NCBI GenBank assembly: GCA_036489375.1
Contig: DASXFX010000116.1
Location: forward strand, 23,364-87,363
DNA from: Candidatus Binataceae bacterium
GTDB taxonomy: Bacteria; Desulfobacterota; Binatia; Binatales; Binataceae
Direction of reading: 5' to 3'
DNA: 64,000 nt
This document shows positions 1-9,400 of the stretch, piece by piece. The notes beneath the pieces are model-generated. The model did no database searches. It was not told where the DNA came from and worked only from the letters and a program-made list of their open reading frames with translations. Within the stretch, counting starts at the first letter, position 1; the number at the start of each line of letters is the position of its first letter. The translations under genes were made by a program, and so were the position numbers.

Positions 1-589
1 ACTGCCACAAGTGGTTAAGTATATAGATATGCCTCTGCAGCATGCCGATGACGCCGTTTTGAGGGCGATGCGGCGCGAGCGATCCGGAGCGGCTTTGAGC
101 AAATTGCTCGACCGGATCCGGCGCAAAATTCCGGGTGTGGCGCTGCGCACCTCATTCATCGTGGGCTTTCCCGGCGAGGACGACAGCGCCTTCGGCCGGC
201 TGCTGGACTTTGTGCGACAGGAACAATTCGACCGCGTTGGGGTGTTTACCTACTCACGGGAGGAAAATACCGACGCTTTCGCGTTGCCGGGGCAGGTCCC
301 CGAGCGGATCAAACGCGAACGCCGCGCGGCTCTGATGGAAGCGCAGGCGGACATTTCGTTGAACAAAAATCGCGACCTGGTGGGCCGCGAGATCGAGGTA
401 TTGGTCGAGGGGTCGACGTCCGGGCGCGCTACGCGGCTGCGCGGGCGAACTCCGGCACAAGCGCCCGAGATTGACGGCATGGTTATACTTAAGGGAGACG
501 CCCAGCCGGGTGATTTCGTCAGCGCCAAGGTCGAGCGGGCCCTCAGCTACGATCTTCATGCGGTAGTAACGGGTGCGGTGGTAAACTGA
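1..589 (+). CDS. rimO: Ribosomal protein S12 methylthiotransferase RimO, C-terminal part (5' end lies outside the window)
   Basis: Frame is open from base 2. MiaB/RimO-type blocks 'YIDMPLQHADDAVLRAMRR' and 'SFIVGFPGE', plus a C-terminal TRAM-like segment 'GREIEVLVEG...GMVILKG'. Confidence 0.8.
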   Translation, partial: LPQVVKYIDMPLQHADDAVLRAMRRERSGAALSKLLDRIRRKIPGVALRTSFIVGFPGEDDSAFGRLLDFVRQEQFDRVGVFTYSREENTDAFALPGQVPERIKRERRAALMEAQADISLNKNRDLVGREIEVLVEGSTSGRATRLRGRTPAQAPEIDGMVILKGDAQPGDFVSAKVERALSYDLHAVVTGAVVN

Positions 590-603
590 AAGGGTGATCG
601 GCG

Positions 604-1056
604 ATGCCTAAAAAAGCAACGGCGGCAAATCGTAAGAAGTTCCTGGCCGACCTTCGCGAGCATTTGCTCGAGATGAAGACCAAGCTGATTGCAGAGATCG
701 ACTCAGAACTGAGAGCTGAGCGCGAAGGCAACAAGGACGAGGGCATGGATACGTATGACCTCGCCTCGGAGGAGCGCGATCGCGAGATCAACTTCATCCT
801 CTCCGATCGTGAGCGCGTCAAGATCAAGCAGATCGACGACGCCCTCGGCCGCCTCGAAGAGGGCAGCTACGGCGTCTGCGAGTCGTGTGGACTGGAGATC
901 GCTGAGGAGCGGCTCGAAGCGATGCCGTTTACGCGCTTGTGCCGCGATTGCCAGCAAGACCAGGAGCGCGAGGCCAAGTCGCAGCGTCGCTTCGACGACG
1001 AGCGCAACACTTATCGCAAGCTTGGTTCGACCGACGCGGACGAAGACAATATCTAG
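604..1056 (+). CDS. DksA/TraR-family C4 zinc-finger regulator
   Basis: C-terminal 'CESCGLEIAEERLEAMPFTRLCRDCQ' (CxxC-N17-CxxC) preceded by an acidic coiled-coil-like region. 150 aa. Confidence 0.8.
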   Translation: MPKKATAANRKKFLADLREHLLEMKTKLIAEIDSELRAEREGNKDEGMDTYDLASEERDREINFILSDRERVKIKQIDDALGRLEEGSYGVCESCGLEIAEERLEAMPFTRLCRDCQQDQEREAKSQRRFDDERNTYRKLGSTDADEDNI

Positions 1057-1308
1057 CTGCGCTCGCGCCCTGCGGCCTCATACGCAAATCATTCGCGCAT
1101 GATTGCGCGCGCGTTGGACGATCACAGTTCAAATCAGCGTCATAGTTGTTTCGGCTACCGTGCCTCGTCTATGATCAGTGTTTGATAGCTATCGCGTCGC
1201 ACTGGCTTTGCGCGCGGATAGTGAGGGAAATCCTGGGCTAAACGACGTCACCGTTGGGTCGGACTTCGATGCCGACAAGTCTGTCTGGTTCGTGCGCCAT
1301 TAAACGGA

Positions 1309-2232
1309 ATGAGAATTTTCAGGGAAAACGGGGCTGAGGCGGATGCGACCGGTGCGCAACCGGCAGAGGAAATTTCGCTTCTTCGCACCAATTTAGCCGG
1401 CGTCAAATCGGTAGTTGCCGTGGCCAGCGCGAAGGGCGGTGTCGGTAAGAGCGCGTTGACGGCTAATCTCGCCGCGGTGCTCGCGCTTGCAGGGCGTAAG
1501 GTCGCGATTCTCGACGGCGACCTCAATTCGCCCAGCATCGTTGGGATGCTCGGAATGAAGGTTCCACGGCGGTTCCACTCGATCGGCGGAATTGAACCCG
1601 GGGCCGGTCCGTTGGGTCTGCGAATCGCGGCGAGCAACCTCATCCCGGATGGTGACGCGCCTCCCGTAAGCTTCCTCGATGATGAAGCCGCGCCGCCTGA
1701 ACCATCAACCAACGGTCACAGCCCGGTAGAATTGGGCTATACCGCGACCCTGCGACGGCTGCTCACGCAGACCCGTTTCGGTGCGCTCGACCTGCTGCTC
1801 ATCGATCTCGCCCCTGGCATCGATCAGCTCTTTCGAGTTGCTCAAATTGTGCCGTTGAGCGGTGCGCTGATTGTGACACAGCCGTCGGAAATTTCGGTGC
1901 GCGCGTCGCGCTCGGCATTCGAGATGGCGTCATTGTGCTCGACCGCGGTGATTGGCGTAATCGAAAATATGGTGGGCTTCAATTGCGACGGGTGCCATTC
2001 GGTGCGGCCGTTGATGCCGCATGGCGATCTCGCGGCGCTCGCTAATTCAGCCGGGGTTGCCGTTTTGGCCCGCTTGCCGTTCGATCCGCGGCTTGCCGAG
2101 TGTTGCGATCGTGGCGTTATCTTCGTGCGCGAATATGCCGATACCCCGCTTGCGCGCCAACTGATCGCGCTCGCGCAGGCAATCGATGGGGCCGCGGTTC
2201 CCCGCATTCAAGCGGAAACGCCTCGCGCGTAA
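1309..2232 (+). CDS. Mrp/NBP35 (ApbC-like) P-loop ATPase, iron-sulfur cluster carrier family
   Basis: Deviant Walker A 'VASAKGGVGKSALTANLA', followed by 'ILDGDLNSPS' and 'LLIDLAPG', and a Cys pair 'FNCDGCH'. Confidence 0.8.
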   Translation: MRIFRENGAEADATGAQPAEEISLLRTNLAGVKSVVAVASAKGGVGKSALTANLAAVLALAGRKVAILDGDLNSPSIVGMLGMKVPRRFHSIGGIEPGAGPLGLRIAASNLIPDGDAPPVSFLDDEAAPPEPSTNGHSPVELGYTATLRRLLTQTRFGALDLLLIDLAPGIDQLFRVAQIVPLSGALIVTQPSEISVRASRSAFEMASLCSTAVIGVIENMVGFNCDGCHSVRPLMPHGDLAALANSAGVAVLARLPFDPRLAECCDRGVIFVREYADTPLARQLIALAQAIDGAAVPRIQAETPRA

Positions 2233-2325
2233 TCCCGGGCATTCGGCTCTATCCTATTCAGCAGCCGCGACTGCAATTTCCCTGAATCCTGGACACGCCG
2301 GCGGCGATCAGTTCACCGCGCGGAA

Positions 2326-4134
2326 TCAATCTGAATCGGTGTCATCGTCATCATTCGAGGCGTCCGTCGCGCTCGCGATTCGCGAGTATTCGAACATTCC
2401 AGCGCCGGTGGAGTTTCCCAAACGATAGTTAGCGAATCCGATCGAGGTATGGATTCGAGTATGGTCGGGGCCGGGGCGTGAGAGCGTCATGAAGGCATCG
2501 GCGATTCCGTGCAGGATCGCATCGTCGCCTTGCGGGGTAGTTATCGCCGCGGAGAACGGGTCGGGTCGCGCACCCGGAGCGGGGGTCTCAAGTTCAATCG
2601 CGTCGAGCTGGTATTCGCGCCATTCACCGGCGCCGAAAACTCGTGCCGTACGATGAGCTTCGCTCGCTGTAAAAGTCCACGCGCGGGCCTCGAGCGCGGC
2701 TCGCTCGGGCGCGTCAGGAAAGCACGCCCATATCATCCGGCGGGTTTCGAAGCGCTGCGGTTCGAGTCCGGTGAACGATGCACCGATCCTCGCCACGGCG
2801 GCTATTTCCCGGCGAACTCCACCGATAACCATCGTGCCGCGCAGGCGCCCAAACACGGCGCTACGACCGCCGCCGCCCACCCCGCCAATGGTGCGTTCAA
2901 ATAGCGTTTCTACCGTGCCTTCGGTCGAATTCGAAGACTGGGTAGCGGTATCGAGATCGATGGTTGCGGTGACGACCATGTTGCTGTCGAGACTGCTACG
3001 GGCCAAGGCATTCTCGACGCTGAGATAAGCTGCGCCATCGTTAACGATCACCGCTGGCCCACGAAAGCTTAGCCGTCCTCCGCGCGAATCGATCGCAAGC
3101 TCGAGTGGCCCCAGGCGCAGCTCTCCACCATCGCGGGACGGCTTGCCTTCGCCGGTAAACAGCGCGGCGCAACAATCGTCAAACAGCATCATGATGCGCG
3201 CGCCTGCGGCGCCCGAACCAAAATCGAAGCTTGCCATTCCACCAATTCGCGCAGTGGAGTCGTAGAACTCGATTCCGATTCTAACTGGCGGAGGTGTCGC
3301 CGAAACTGCGACTTTGGGCTCGACGGTCGCCCTCGGGGTGCGATCGACCACGATCGTTCCGGCTTGAGCAGAGGCTCCTGGTGGCAATGGAACATTGGCC
3401 GCGCCGCCGAAAACTTCGGTTAGCGCCGCAATGCCGCGGGTGCGCAGACCACCCGCTAATCGCACCGCTACCGACATCTCAAGCTGCAAGGCATCGATTA
3501 CCCGGGTCGCGGCGAGATCGGCGAGACGCCGCAAGGCCTCGATCTCGCTTTGAGCATGGCGCTCGGTGAACGCCTGCAACAAGTTCTGGCTGGCGCCGCC
3601 GGGATAACGCAGGCCGAATGTCGGAATGATGCCGGCCGCGTTGAGGTGTACGAAAAGCGCCGCCACGGGTCCGTTGATAAATTGATCGCTGGCCGAGACG
3701 TGAGCGCCGGCCGGCGGCCGCAACCGGCCGTTGGCGTGACGCAGGCCAAGGCCGAAATCAATGCGCGGCTCGATCACGTTCCAGCCGTGGATCAGCAACA
3801 CGGTCGCGCGACCGTGGCGGTCAACGATCTGGCTGACACGGTCGGCAAGGAGATCGAGCATCCATGGCGCGCGCGCGGCGATCTGCGAAAGCCGGTTGCA
3901 GTCAATCTCGTTGCGATCCATCCCGGCGTTGATAAGCGCGCTGGCGTGAAATCGATGGGCCAGATCGCGGGTAATCGCGGCGGTCTCGAGGTCGTTAACC
4001 TTGGGATGCAGGGTTGCGCGCGCGGCTGGTCCGGCACGGCCTCCATGCGGCGCGATCAGCAAAATGGGCGCGTCGCCCTCGATCACTTCGAGCCATGAAG
4101 CCGAGTCAATCCCGTCGCCGACTGGAACACCCAT
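2326..4134 (-). CDS. Uncharacterised two-domain protein: N-terminal N-formylglutamate-amidohydrolase/PghP-like hydrolase fold plus an unknown C-terminal domain
   Basis: The N-terminus has 'LLIAPHGGR', 'DRNEIDCNR' and 'LLIHGWN', resembling the FGase-family H-x-G / D-x-NR / H blocks. The last ~330 aa matched nothing I recognise. Acidic tail 'SNDDDDTDSD'. Start lies 6 nt after the pcs stop. Confidence 0.4.
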   Translation of the reverse strand: MGVPVGDGIDSASWLEVIEGDAPILLIAPHGGRAGPAARATLHPKVNDLETAAITRDLAHRFHASALINAGMDRNEIDCNRLSQIAARAPWMLDLLADRVSQIVDRHGRATVLLIHGWNVIEPRIDFGLGLRHANGRLRPPAGAHVSASDQFINGPVAALFVHLNAAGIIPTFGLRYPGGASQNLLQAFTERHAQSEIEALRRLADLAATRVIDALQLEMSVAVRLAGGLRTRGIAALTEVFGGAANVPLPPGASAQAGTIVVDRTPRATVEPKVAVSATPPPVRIGIEFYDSTARIGGMASFDFGSGAAGARIMMLFDDCCAALFTGEGKPSRDGGELRLGPLELAIDSRGGRLSFRGPAVIVNDGAAYLSVENALARSSLDSNMVVTATIDLDTATQSSNSTEGTVETLFERTIGGVGGGGRSAVFGRLRGTMVIGGVRREIAAVARIGASFTGLEPQRFETRRMIWACFPDAPERAALEARAWTFTASEAHRTARVFGAGEWREYQLDAIELETPAPGARPDPFSAAITTPQGDDAILHGIADAFMTLSRPGPDHTRIHTSIGFANYRLGNSTGAGMFEYSRIASATDASNDDDDTDSD

Positions 4135-4140
4135 CTCGAA

Positions 4141-4866
4141 TCACAGGTTCCGGCGTGCGGCGACACGGGTCGGATGCACGTGGAGGGCAAATGACATTGC
4201 AAAGTAGTAAACGACGAAGGCGAGCGACGTGTAAAGCAGAATGTCGTGGTGAGCGGGCAGCGTCGGTAGCATCGCGACCGTCGCAACTCCCCAAATCGCC
4301 GCAAGCGAGAGTGTCAGCGGGCGCATTGGTTCCGTCCGATTCGGGTAAATGTATTTGATCGGGATGAATACCATCAGTGCGAGCACCGCGACGATCAATG
4401 CGTTAGTGCGCGGCGTGAGGCCGAGGCAGAACAGGTAGAGCGCGACGAGATTCCAGTACGACGGAAACCCGCGAAAATAGTTGTCATCGGTCTTCGCGTC
4501 AGTCCGGCTGAAGCCGTAAGCGCTCGCGATCATCACGAAGCATGCGATCGCTTGGCCCGCGATTCCTGCCGGGAGTATCCCCGCGCGCAACATCAGAAAC
4601 ACCGGCACCGCGACGTAGGTGAGGTAGTCCACGATATTGTCGAGCAGAGCGCCGTCGAAGTAGGGGATGCGCTCGCGCACGCGCAGGGCGCGCGCCAGTG
4701 GTCCGTCGCTCGCATCGATCGCGATCGCGACCGTCATCATCGAAAACGCCCCGCGCCATTCGCCTCGCGCGGTGTAGTTTAATGCCAGCAGTCCCGCGAC
4801 CGCGCCGAGCGCTGTGTAAAAATGAACCGCCCAGCTACATCCAACCAGCAATCGCGTATTCGCCAT
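4141..4866 (-). CDS. pcs: Phosphatidylcholine synthase (CDP-alcohol phosphatidyltransferase family)
   Basis: 'DASDGPLARALRVRERIPYFDGALLDNIVDYLTYV' carries the D-x2-DG-x2-AR...G-x3-D-x3-D motif. Blocks 'KTDDNYFRGFPSYWN' and 'IYPNRTEPMRPL' match my recollection of rhizobial Pcs. About 240 aa, multi-pass membrane protein. Confidence 0.8.
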   Translation of the reverse strand: MANTRLLVGCSWAVHFYTALGAVAGLLALNYTARGEWRGAFSMMTVAIAIDASDGPLARALRVRERIPYFDGALLDNIVDYLTYVAVPVFLMLRAGILPAGIAGQAIACFVMIASAYGFSRTDAKTDDNYFRGFPSYWNLVALYLFCLGLTPRTNALIVAVLALMVFIPIKYIYPNRTEPMRPLTLSLAAIWGVATVAMLPTLPAHHDILLYTSLAFVVYYFAMSFALHVHPTRVAARRNL

Positions 4867-4893
4867 CGGCGCACCCGTGCGTGGCGCTCAGAT

Positions 4894-5421
4894 CTAGGGC
4901 TTCAGATCGCGCGGACCGAAGTAGTCTTCCAGGATGGTCATGAAAGGACCGCATGAGCGCCGCCGCTTGACGTGAGCGAGAGCCTCGTTGAGCGACATGC
5001 CGCCGTGCGCGCGCAGGTATGCGATTGCCAGCGTGGGTGCGCGATTCAGCCCGGCGTTGCAGTGCAGATAAACGCGTTCATTGGCGCCAACCAATGCGGC
5101 AAGATCGTCCAATCCTGCTCGTAGCCGGTCCGCCATGTCGTCCGCACTGCCGTCCTGAATGGGCGTGCGCACGTACTTGATTCCATGCTGGGCGGAAACT
5201 TCGCGCAGGCGCGCAACATCGAGCGCATTGATGCGCAAGTCTTCGTCGTCCTGGAGATTCAGAATTGCCGTCACGCGATGCTGATCGCGAAGCCATTCAA
5301 GGTCGTGCTCACGTGGATATTCGCCGACCAGCAGGTAATCGGTAATCTCGCTTACGGTCGGCCGCACGTCGCCGCGCGTCGGTCGTGCTCCGTTGTCGCG
5401 TCTTTGGGTCCACCACTCCAT
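4894..5421 (-). CDS. Dual-specificity (Cys-based) phosphatase family protein
   Basis: P-loop 'VYLHCNAGLNRAP' (HCx5R), with an upstream 'ILNLQDDEDL' block like glucan/lipid-type dual-specificity phosphatases. Confidence 0.8.
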   Translation of the reverse strand: MEWWTQRRDNGARPTRGDVRPTVSEITDYLLVGEYPREHDLEWLRDQHRVTAILNLQDDEDLRINALDVARLREVSAQHGIKYVRTPIQDGSADDMADRLRAGLDDLAALVGANERVYLHCNAGLNRAPTLAIAYLRAHGGMSLNEALAHVKRRRSCGPFMTILEDYFGPRDLKP

Positions 5422-5557
5422 GGTCTGACACTTATGCAGGAAGCCCGTCTCTAGACAATAAATTAAGACGGTGCACGGCAGCAGTCACGATCATCCGTAT
5501 AGCGCGCGGGCGAGTCTCGCAGAAATCTATCGCCAAATAGCACTGTCAATTCGAGGG

Positions 5558-6415
5558 CTAGCGCGCGCAATTCGCGGGGCTGCCCGCCTGCTTCCACTCG
5601 TAGAGCCAGATCGATGCGAGCACCGACGCGGCCTGGGCGACCTGCTGCGCTACCATGGCCATTTCGCGCCGCATCAATGCACGATCGAACTCGGGGCCGC
5701 GCTTTTCGCCGGTTTCCGCGCGCGTCGCGCGATCGGCCTCGATTACAGCACCGACTAACGGATTGCCCTGTTTGAGCTCCGCGATCGCCGCCGACCACAC
5801 GGAATCGATCTTTTCGAGATGGACCTGCGGTCGCGCGAGTTCTTCAACTTCGCCCACCGAACGATCGACGGCGCCTTCGAACCGCGCGTGCATCCCCCGG
5901 TCTTGCTGATAGCCGTCGAAATGGATGGTGGTATGCAGCGGCTGCGTCGCGTCGCCGGTGTAATGCGCCAGATATCCGGAGAGCAGAACGACCTGTGCGC
6001 AATCGCCGCTGCGCCACGCTTGTTGAACTCCCTGCGCCATCGCCTCGATCGTCCACGGCAAGGTGCCTGATCGCTGAAGCGTGCTCGCGCCATACTGAAG
6101 TTCCATCGCCGCAATGTCCGGCTTTAGTTCCGCGAAGGGATCGGCGCCAAAATTCTCCAGATCGATGTAATGACGAATCGCCTCGGCCTTGCCGTAACGC
6201 GCGCGCAAGCTTTCGTCGGGTGCGACCGCGTCTTCTTGCAAATCAGTCTCGTGCGCTGCGAGCAAATGCTTGAGCGGCGTATCGGGGAGTACTTCGACTG
6301 CCAAGCGCGCGATGAGCATGTGCGTGCGCGCGTCCCACGCATACCCGCGCATCGGCGTCGCGAATAGCCATATCGAGGCAACCAGGCATGCGAGAACTGA
6401 ACTGGTGCGGGTCAC
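5558..6415 (-). CDS. Secreted zinc-dependent phospholipase C / S1-P1 nuclease superfamily protein
   Basis: A signal peptide ending 'RGYA' would expose an N-terminal Trp ('WDARTHMLIARLAVEVL'), as in zinc PLC and P1 nuclease. 'YLAHYTGDATQPLHTT' is a metal-ligand block. Confidence 0.6.
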   Translation of the reverse strand: MTRTSSVLACLVASIWLFATPMRGYAWDARTHMLIARLAVEVLPDTPLKHLLAAHETDLQEDAVAPDESLRARYGKAEAIRHYIDLENFGADPFAELKPDIAAMELQYGASTLQRSGTLPWTIEAMAQGVQQAWRSGDCAQVVLLSGYLAHYTGDATQPLHTTIHFDGYQQDRGMHARFEGAVDRSVGEVEELARPQVHLEKIDSVWSAAIAELKQGNPLVGAVIEADRATRAETGEKRGPEFDRALMRREMAMVAQQVAQAASVLASIWLYEWKQAGSPANCAR

Positions 6416-6439
6416 GATGAAAGACTCCGCGAGGTGACC

Positions 6440-9400
6440 CTAGCCCTTGGCGTGGCCGCCCGAACGGCGAGTGCGAGGGCGTTCACTTGGCGGCGAATCG
6501 GCGTTAGTTTCGCCTTCGATCAAGAGCGTTGTTGCTGGAAGCGGCGGCGGGATCGCTTGAGTGATAGCCTCGATGCGCGACGCCTGCGGGCTCCTTTGCA
6601 CCATGGCCAAAACCGCGTGGCGAATGCGGTCCGCCAGCTTCCGATACGCTCCAGCACCCTCAGCGTCCCGCGCGACGAGGCGCAGTTCGTCACTCGTTAT
6701 CGCGCGCCCGATTCTGACTTCGACGGCTCCGTGCCGCGGCAGAAGCTTGCCCTTCCCGAGCACCTCGAAGGTGCCGCTGAGATGAATCGGGAGCACGTCG
6801 CAACCCGCATGCAATGCAAGATATCCGACACCGCTCTTGAACTCGTGAATCGATCCGTCCGGCGAGCGAGTACCCTCGGGAAACATCAATACGTTGCGTC
6901 CCGCGGCGAGCTCCGTCAGCGCCTGTTCGAGGGAATCGAGCTGCGCGCGTTCGCGATCGAACGGAATCAGCCGGGTGAAGTTAGTTGCGGCAAATCGACG
7001 CAGCGCGGTGTTGAAAAAATAATCCTTCGCCGCCAGCACCACCAGGTCGCGGCCATTTACGCCGAGCGCGTGAGCGACCAGACCGAAGTCGAGATGGCTT
7101 GCGTGATTCGCGACGACGATAAAATTGCGGTTCGCTGGAATGTTACCGCGCCCCATTACCCGTGGCTTTAGCCACGAGTCGAAGGCCGTCGCGAGCGTCT
7201 TGCGCATCGCGAATTCGCCGAGTCGCCGGATCGGCGCCGGCAACTCCATCGTGTAGGGCTGCGCGAAACGAGCGTACGACGGCAATTTGGGCCGATTCTG
7301 CCCCTCGCTCACGATACGTTGCAGGTCTTCGACGGTCGCGACGTTTGCGAGTTCCTCGGCACTGATGTCGCGCCCGGCTTTGATCGTGATCTGTTCGGCG
7401 AGCTCTGCCAGCGCGAGCGAATCTAGTCCTAAATCCTCGATCAGCCGCGTCGCTGGATTGATATTCGCAGCGCCACTTGCCACCTGCTCGAGCGCTTCGG
7501 CCAGCCACGACTCAACCTCAGTGTTGATCGCGGTCTTCTCCGCGCTGCGGCTTTCCACCATCCGATACAGTGTCGACGCGACTTCGGCGCGCTTGACCTT
7601 GCGCGTTCGTGTCCGCGGTAGCTCGGTGTCGGCGAAGCGCAGGATCCGAATACGGTTGTGAGGATTGAGCGTTGCGCTGACACGCTCGAAATGCGTTCGT
7701 AGCTGGTCTTCGACCGCGCGCCGGCTTTCGCCTTTCGCATAGGCCGGTATCGCGAGCGCCGCGACTTGCTCGCCCAGCCCGACCTTCAACCCCACTACGG
7801 CGAGTTCGCGCAGATACGGTGAGTGTCCGTAGGCCTCTTCAAGCTCGTCGATGTAAATGTTATTACCGCCCGCATCGACGATGACGTCCTTGGCGCGTCC
7901 AACGATATACAGTCGCCCTTCGCTATCGAAACGGCCCAGGTCCCCCGTATGCAGCCAGCCGTCCTTCAGTACCTCGTCGGTGACCGCCTGATTGCGGAAA
8001 TAACCGCTCATCACGTTGGGGCCGCGCGCGATGATTTCGCCGACTTGATCGATCTGATGATCGTGCGGTTCACCTCGGTGATGCGGAGGTTGACCGTCGG
8101 CGCCCGCAAGTCTCAGCTCCACCTTGGAAAGCGGTTTGCCGACCGAACCCGGCCGCAGCGGCTCGTCCGGACGCGCGACGCTCAGCACCGGAGCCGACTC
8201 CGTGAGGCCGTAGCCCTCGAGCAGCTTAATGCCGATGTCGTTAAAAAATTGCGCGACCCGCTGAGGCAGCGCTGCGCCCCCGCTCACGGCCAGCTTGAGC
8301 CGTCCGCCGAGTGCTGCGTGCGCCGGGCGGAATAGCATCGTTCCCAGGTTCAGCCGATAGTCGGCGTCGATCCTGCGATTCAGGTCGCGTAACTGGTCGA
8401 AAGCGGCTTGGAAGAAAGGCCCGCGCGCCTCAACGGTATCGATGATGCGGCGATGAATCGCCTCCCACAACGCGGGCACGCCGACCAGCGCGGTCGGTTG
8501 CACGTCGGCGAGCGTGCGCGACAGGCTCGCTGCATCAACCCCGAGCGGATAAACGATCTGCGCACCGCCCGCGAGCGGTAACATCAGCCCGCAAGTGAAT
8601 TCGAAGGTGTGATGAAGCGGCAGCAGCGAGAGCACGACGTCGTCGGCACCGAGCGCAAAGACTCGCCCGAGCGACGCGATCTGCGCCGTGAAATTCCCGT
8701 GCGACAGCATTACCCCTTTAGGCGTGCCGGTCGTCCCTGAAGTAAACACTATCGACGCCAGCGTGCGGCGTTCAATCTTGACCGGGGCGGCCGGTTGGCC
8801 GCGCAACATAAAGGGTCGCTGCAGGTCGCCGAGCTCCATCTCGACGATGCCGCTCATCGCCTCACCCACCGACTTGCCCAGGCGCTTCGAGCAGGCCGCC
8901 GAGGTCAGCGCCGCGCGCGGTTCAGCAATTCGCGACACCGCCGCCAATTCGTCCGGCGATATGAGATGGTCGAGCGGCACCGCGACCGCACCCGCATACA
9001 GGATTGCGAAATAGGCAATTACCCAGTCGGGCGAGTTCTCGGCGATCAACAACACCCGATCGCCCGGCTTGATCCCGCGCGTGCCGAGGAGCAGTCCCGC
9101 GCGTTGTGCGCGGTCATGCAGTTCGCGATAGCTGATCGAGGTTCGCTGGCCCGACGGCGTACGCGAATCGAGCGCCGGACGCGCGCCATAGCGCTCCGCC
9201 GCCCGGTCAAGCATTTCGACCAGGGTCTTATATCTATATGAGCTACCTGGGCGGGCGCGTGTATGCAGTTCGAGTTGCGGGAAAATGTGCCGGCGCAGTC
9301 CCGGCATATGCACATTCAGCCAATAGTCATTCCAGTCGATGCGCTCGGGATGATACGGATGACGATCGGCGTCGCCTGGTGCGAGCGCTGCGTAAAGGTC

